Below are positions 58,071-64,000 of a stretch of 64,000 bases of DNA, in pieces (within the stretch, counting starts at the first letter, position 1; each line of letters opens with the position of its first letter). Source of the DNA: Octopus vulgaris. Lineage: Eukaryota. Made by a program: the position numbers and the translations under genes. Where the stretch lies: the NCBI GenBank assembly GCA_951406725.2, contig OX597837.1, positions 23,498,001 through 23,562,000 on the forward strand. Direction: 5' to 3'. The notes beneath the pieces were generated by a model. It did not search any database. It was not told the origin of the DNA and saw nothing but the letters and a program-made list of their open reading frames with translations.

Positions 58071-59462
58071 TTATGTGTCTGTGTCTGTCCCCTCAACATC
58101 GCTTGACAACTGATGGTTTTTGTGTTAATGCCCCTGTAACTTAGCAGTTCTGCAAAAGAGACCAATAGAATAAGTACTAGGTTTACAAAGAATAAGTCCT
58201 GGGGTCGATTTGCTCAACGAAAGGCACTGCTCCAGCATGGCTGCAGTCAAATAAAAGAATATATATATATGACATACTTTACTCCTAACATATCTATAAT
58301 GTAGATAAGCCAGCAGGTGCAGTGTTTATCTGGAAAAAAAATCTCTTTGTAGATGTATTGCATTAAAAACAATATACTTCAGAACTAGACAAAACAAAAT
58401 CCTCCCTGAAGCATCTGCGATAGGGACAGATGTGCATTTCACTGTTTGTTTTTTTACCTGTTAATGCCACACACTCATATCACTTCTGATACAAAATAGT
58501 GTTGGCTTGTTTAAAGTATATAGACATAATGAATAAACAACTCACTGACATTGCAAAAATGCTGTTAGGCTGAATAAAATTCAAACTTTGCAATAGAGGC
58601 AACTTTTGATTTAAATCGTTTATCTATATATTATACTCTTTGTAGAAGAGTGGCTGTGTGGTAAGTAGCATGCTTACGAACCACATGGTTCTGGTTTCAG
58701 TCCCACTGTGTGGCACCTTGGACAAGTGTCTTCTACTATTATCTCAGGCTGACCAAACCCTTGTGAGTGGATTTGGTAGATGGAAATTGAAAGAAGCCCA
58801 TCGTATATATGTATATATATATATATGTCTATCACTTGACAACCGATGTTGGTGTGTTTAAGTTCCCGTAACTTAGCGGTGCGGCAAAATAGACCGATAG
58901 AATAAGTACTAGGCTTACAAAGAATAAGTCCTGGGGTTGATTTGCTCGATCGACTAAAGGCGGTGCTCCAGTATGGCCACAGTCAAATGACTGAAACAAG
59001 TAAAGGAGTAAAAGAGTAAAAGAGTACCAGTAAAGTACTGGGGGTCAATGTAATCAACTTGCCCCAATCCCTCGGAATTGCTGGTCTCGCACCATAAGAA
59101 TTTTTAATTATTATTATCATTTTTATCAGCAGCAACATCATTATCATCATCATCATCATCCTCATCATTTTTATTTTGTTAAACACACTTTTTGGCCTGT
59201 CAGAAGTAAAATGATTAAAACGTAGATAAAATGTGCTGTCAAATTGTTCATTTAAGAGATGCAGTAAGAGATAATCAGTTGTTTATAAATGCTAGAATTT
59301 TTTTCAAGAATTTCCTTGGATGATTCACTGTTGAAACTAGATCAGTCGATAGGATATCATTCCACCAAGGAAAAAAAAAAACCAGAAAAATAGATCTATA
59401 GTGTAAACCTCTTAATGGTTACTGTATTGTAATGCTTAAAACTATGCACACACTCACACACA

Positions 59463-59500
<38 letters not shown>

Positions 59501-60847
59501 AACACACATATACACATATATACATACACACATGCATTGGAACTCTACACTAGTGTAATCTCATTTTTACAAAGTTTATCAACTTCATCATTTACATGTC
59601 CGCTTTTCCTCTGGTTGCATTTGCTGAGGAAAATTCCTTGATGCTGGATACCATGCTCCTGCTGATGGCTACACTTGCTTTCAGTTAAGGTATTTTAATT
59701 CATAACTTTGCATATACTCTTTTACACTTTTACTTGTTTCAGTCATTTGACTGTGGCCATGCTGGAGCACCGCCTTTAGTCGAGCAAATCGACCCCAGAA
59801 CTTATTCTTTGTAAGCCCAGTACTTATTCTATTGGTCTCTTTTGCCAAACCACTAAGTTACGGGGACATAAACACACCAGCATCAGTTGTCAAGCAATGC
59901 TAGGGGGACAAAATACAGACACACAAACACACACACGCATATATACATATACATATATATGACGGGCTTCTTTCAGTTTCCGTCTACCAAATCCACTCAC
60001 AAGGCTTTGGTTGGCCCGAGGCTATAGTAGAAGACACTTGCCCAAGATGCCATGCAGTGGGACTGAACCCAGAACCATGTGGTTAGTAAGCAAGCTACTT
60101 ACCACACAGCCACTCCTGCGCCTCTGGAACTGATCCCAGAAATTTTACTTCTGGAAAACAAAAAATAAATCATCATTGTACTGGTGTGAATTTAACAATA
60201 CATAGAAACAAACACTTGCAAATGTTAGCCTCTGTTGTACCAAGGTCTACTCTGATCTAGAGTCCCAGCTTTGGGTGAATTAACATGTAAATAAAAACCA
60301 GAAGAAGTGAAGGAACCCTAACCGTTGTCAGAGCATCCTTCTAAGAGAGAGATTCTCTGATGTTAAACCTTCAGTTTCATGTGATTATTGGTCATCTTGC
60401 TACAGCTTGTTATTAGGTGCTAATCACAGAGACTCAGAGAATGGTACCCGTGTTGTACAAATATTTATCACTATAATCCAATGAGATACAGACGTCTCTT
60501 TGTCATCTTATAGTCCATCTCTGAATGTCCTATATTAACAGTAATCTGCTCAAGAGAGCCAAATTCCAGGTTCTTACAGAGGCTTTTTTAAACCCTTTAG
60601 TATTTAAACCAGCCATAAAAAAGAAAAACACGATTTTTCTGTGGCCGTTGCCAGTACCGCCTGACCCACACACATGCATAGAAACAAACAAGAATGCAGC
60701 ACAGTCAATGACTTTTGAAAAGGTTTCAGGACACAACAAAAATTTTAGAAACAATAAAAATAAGTAAAAGAGTGGGAACTGAACAGGTGAGTGTGTTAAA
60801 TAATAAGGCACAAAAAGAGAATGACTCTCCCCAGACACAATAATATA

Positions 60848-60882
<35 letters not shown>

Positions 60883-60888
60883 ACAATA

Positions 60889-60919
<31 letters not shown>

Positions 60920-60927
60920 ATAATATA

Positions 60928-60971
<44 letters not shown>

Positions 60972-60994
60972 AATATATATATGTATATATATAT

Positions 60995-61052
<58 letters not shown>

Positions 61053-61061
61053 AATATATAT

Positions 61062-61582
61062 ATGATAGAAATATTAAAATTACTAAGTCTCTATAAAAGA
61101 GATTACGGCAGCGTTTACTGGAAACTAATTGTTATCGCCATATTAATATGGCATTCTTATAGATATAAGAATAATCGCTGCTGCTGGTCAGCTCCATGAG
61201 GCCACCGCCATCAAGATAGCTATTGATACACGCTGCCGTAATCTCTTTTATAGAGACTTAGTAATTTTAATATTTCTATTATTGAAAACAAGTGGATGTA
61301 TTCCACTGAAACTAGGTAAATATAAACCTTCGAACAGAGACGTCAGTGGCGACACCTGCAGGTCTGACTGTGCTACATTGACAAGGGGCAATACCCCGAA
61401 ACGCGTCTGTAGCTGTCGGACTGGCAGTGTGAAGTGGCTGACCTCCCTTGTTCGAAGGTTATAATGGATACAGATCGTGTATCAATAGCTATCTTGATGG
61501 CGGTGGCCTCATGGAGCTGACCAGCGGCAGCGATTATTCTTATATCTATAAGAATGCCATATTAATATGGCGATAACAATTA
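61062..61582. mobile_element. Nested fold-back Penelope-like element with type I hammerhead motif, within (TA)n
   Basis: Inverted pairs ~61065-61112/61232-61280, ~61126-61232/61477-61582 and 61321-61335/61450-61463; hammerhead motif at 61372-61413. Confidence 0.75.
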
Positions 61583-61587
61583 ATATA

Positions 61588-61637
<50 letters not shown>

Positions 61638-61905
61638 CATGACCCGACTTTACATTCGATGTCACTTCACTTTCTTCAATACCTTTTCATCCACATCTCT
61701 TGATCTGATGTTTTTTTTCCTGATGATTTTTTTGTCCAATTTTAAATAAACCCTTTAGAAAACAAGCAGGGTGAACATCAAAATCAAATAATCATTGAGA
61801 ACTATATTGATAGGGTTTGTCGTTGGACAAAAAAATATCATCGAGCAAAAAGACGTCGGACCAAAAGATGTTTGACGAAGTAATGTCGGACGAATATAAA
61901 TAGCA

Positions 61906-61974
<69 letters not shown>

Positions 61975-61979
<5 letters not shown>

Positions 61980-62160
61980 CGTAAGGGGGATCAGCCATCT
62001 GAATGTGGCTAGGGACAGGGCGGGGTGGTGGGGGTGTTACTGATGCATTTAGCCCCAGGCGATCATCGACGTCACCAGAAGGACCGACACCATCACGGTG
62101 TCCTTGCTAGCCTGCCCTGTCCCTAGCCACATTCAGATGGCTGATCCCCCTTACGTTATA
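61975..62160. repeat. Perfect 47-bp inverted repeat around a GC-rich 92-bp loop
   Basis: 61975-62021 is the exact reverse complement of 62114-62160. Confidence 0.92.
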
Positions 62161-62196
62161 GAGCAGTTACTGTTTATATCTCACTCAGAGATTTAT

Positions 62197-62327
<131 letters not shown>

Positions 62328-62330
62328 TGA

Positions 62331-62680
62331 GGGATAACCACTAAGTGGGCATCCATTATGCTAGAGGTAGACCCCATATGGTCTAACCACTAAGAAAAGA
62401 TTGTTCTGAAGAAAATTCACCAATATATTTTGTATCTTTTCATTTTTCTTGTTCGCTTACGTTCTGGAATTTGCTGAATTTTCTTCAGAACAATCTTTTC
62501 TTAGTGGTCAGACCATATGGGGTCTACCTCTAGCATAATGGATGTCCACTTAGTGGTCATCCCTTTTATATTTATGTAATATAATTTTTCTGAATCTTCA
62601 GATTTTTCAATATGCTAGGCCACTGGTTTTAAATTGATATTAATCAAATTAATATTCCATTTTCCACCCTTATTATTTAA

Positions 62681-62685
<5 letters not shown>
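62331..62685. mobile_element. (TA)n-embedded element with ~92-bp inverted arms
   Basis: 62331-62423 is complementary to 62471-62563; right end tgctaggccactgg...accctattattt(ta)n resembles 47590-47640. Confidence 0.75.
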
Positions 62686-62736
<51 letters not shown>

Positions 62737-62890
62737 GTGAGTGAAGAAATGAAAGAAAAGGGCACTCAACTCATTTAGTGGGGGTTACAGTTTGATCTAG
62801 TTCCATGTAACTTACTTAAAATTTCACAAGCTTCTGTTAGAGGCTTGTGAAACTGTAAATTGCATGGAGCCAAATCAAATTTTTTAAATA

Positions 62891-62934
<44 letters not shown>

Positions 62935-63009
62935 ATGTGTGTGTGTGTGCATGTGTGTGTGTGTGTGCATGTGTGTGTGTGTATGTGTCTTTGTGTTTGT
63001 GCATGACCC

Positions 63010-63258
63010 CACCACTGTTTGACAACTGGTGCTGGTTTGTTTATGTTTGACCACACCAGTTTGACGGCTGGTGTTGGTTTGTTTATGTTTGACCCCACCA
63101 GTTTGACAGCTGGTGTTGGTTTGTTTATGTTTGACCCCACCAGTTTGACGGCTGGTGTTGGTTTGTTTATGTTTGACCCCACCAGTTTAACAGCTGGTGT
63201 TGGTTTGTTTATGTTTGACCCCACCAGTTTGACAGCTGCTGTAGGTTTGTTTATGTTG
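63010..63258 (+). repeat. 39-bp tandem repeat (~6 units) inside a SINE A
   Basis: Unit ccccaccagtttgacagctggtgttggtttgtttatgtttga is an amplified internal SINE A segment. Confidence 0.9.
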
Positions 63259-63916
63259 CATGGAACTTAATAATTAGGCCAAAAGAAACTGATAGAATAA
63301 GTAGCAGGCTTTAAAAAAAAGTACTGGTGTTGATTTGTTTGACTAAAATTCTCCAAGACAGTGCTCCAGCATGGGCCGCAGTCTAATGACTAGAACAAGT
63401 AAAAACTAGAATATGGCAGCTTCCTTTCAATTTCCATCTACTAAATACACTCATAAATCTTTGTTCTACCCAAGGCTACAATGGACGACACTTGTCCAAA
63501 GAGCCACACTATGGAACTGAAGAACAAGTGTCTTCTATTATAGTCTTGGACATGAAAATTCAATTTATTAAGAAATTCCATTTGGTACGTGATAATAAGA
63601 TATGTCACTCAGTGCTTAACTATATGTTATTATGGCAGAGAGTGCCATTGGGAAATTTAATACTGCATCTCTCTTCGTCTGGCCTGTCATAGAAATCATC
63701 ATACACTGACTGATGATGTCATTCTCGTTAACTCCACAGACAAACAATAGACTGTAACTATCATTGCAATCATTGAACTCATTAGCATTGTTATATTAAC
63801 CATTCTTGTTTAGCATTCTCGTCATCATCATCGTCATCATCATCATCACAATGACCACCACCACTATCATCATCATCATCACCACCACCACCATCATCAT
63901 CATCACCACCACCACT

Positions 63917-63947
<31 letters not shown>

Positions 63948-64000
63948 CCACCATCATCATCATCATCGTCATCACCACCACCATCATCATCATCATCATC

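Noticed and set aside
60300-60800. Unique-looking stretch with 80-aa and 173-aa ORFs as a coding exon
   Set aside because: No recognisable domain; the longer ORF starts in (TA)n; no consistent splice pair found.

Overview
AT-rich eukaryotic non-coding DNA, almost entirely microsatellites plus transposon debris. The SINE families and repeat make-up suggest a cephalopod (Octopus-like) genome; this is inference from recalled repeat families, not a database hit. I found no intact host gene or convincing coding exon, and nearly all listed ORFs are microsatellite or SINE artefacts. Recognisable content: (i) a near full-length, decayed R4/Dong-type RLE LINE (26.5-30.4 kb, minus) in an (AAT)n field, with same-orientation fragments and a ~550-bp non-coding element sharing its 5' end; (ii) a decayed Helitron (45.4-47.5 kb); (iii) mariner, pogo/Tc2-like, piggyBac-like and Helentron-like non-autonomous elements; (iv) CR1/L2/RTE fragments; (v) at least five SINE-like families (my labels A-D, F); (vi) a full-length U6 snRNA copy fused directly to a retroelement 3' end; (vii) several fold-back or (TA)n-embedded elements with Penelope-type minimal hammerhead ribozyme motifs. 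The best leads are the U6 chimera, the (AAT)n-targeted Dong plus non-autonomous partner, the hammerhead-bearing elements, and the self-nesting SINE B with a candidate partner-LINE tail. Coordinates were read by eye; decayed boundaries are approximate.
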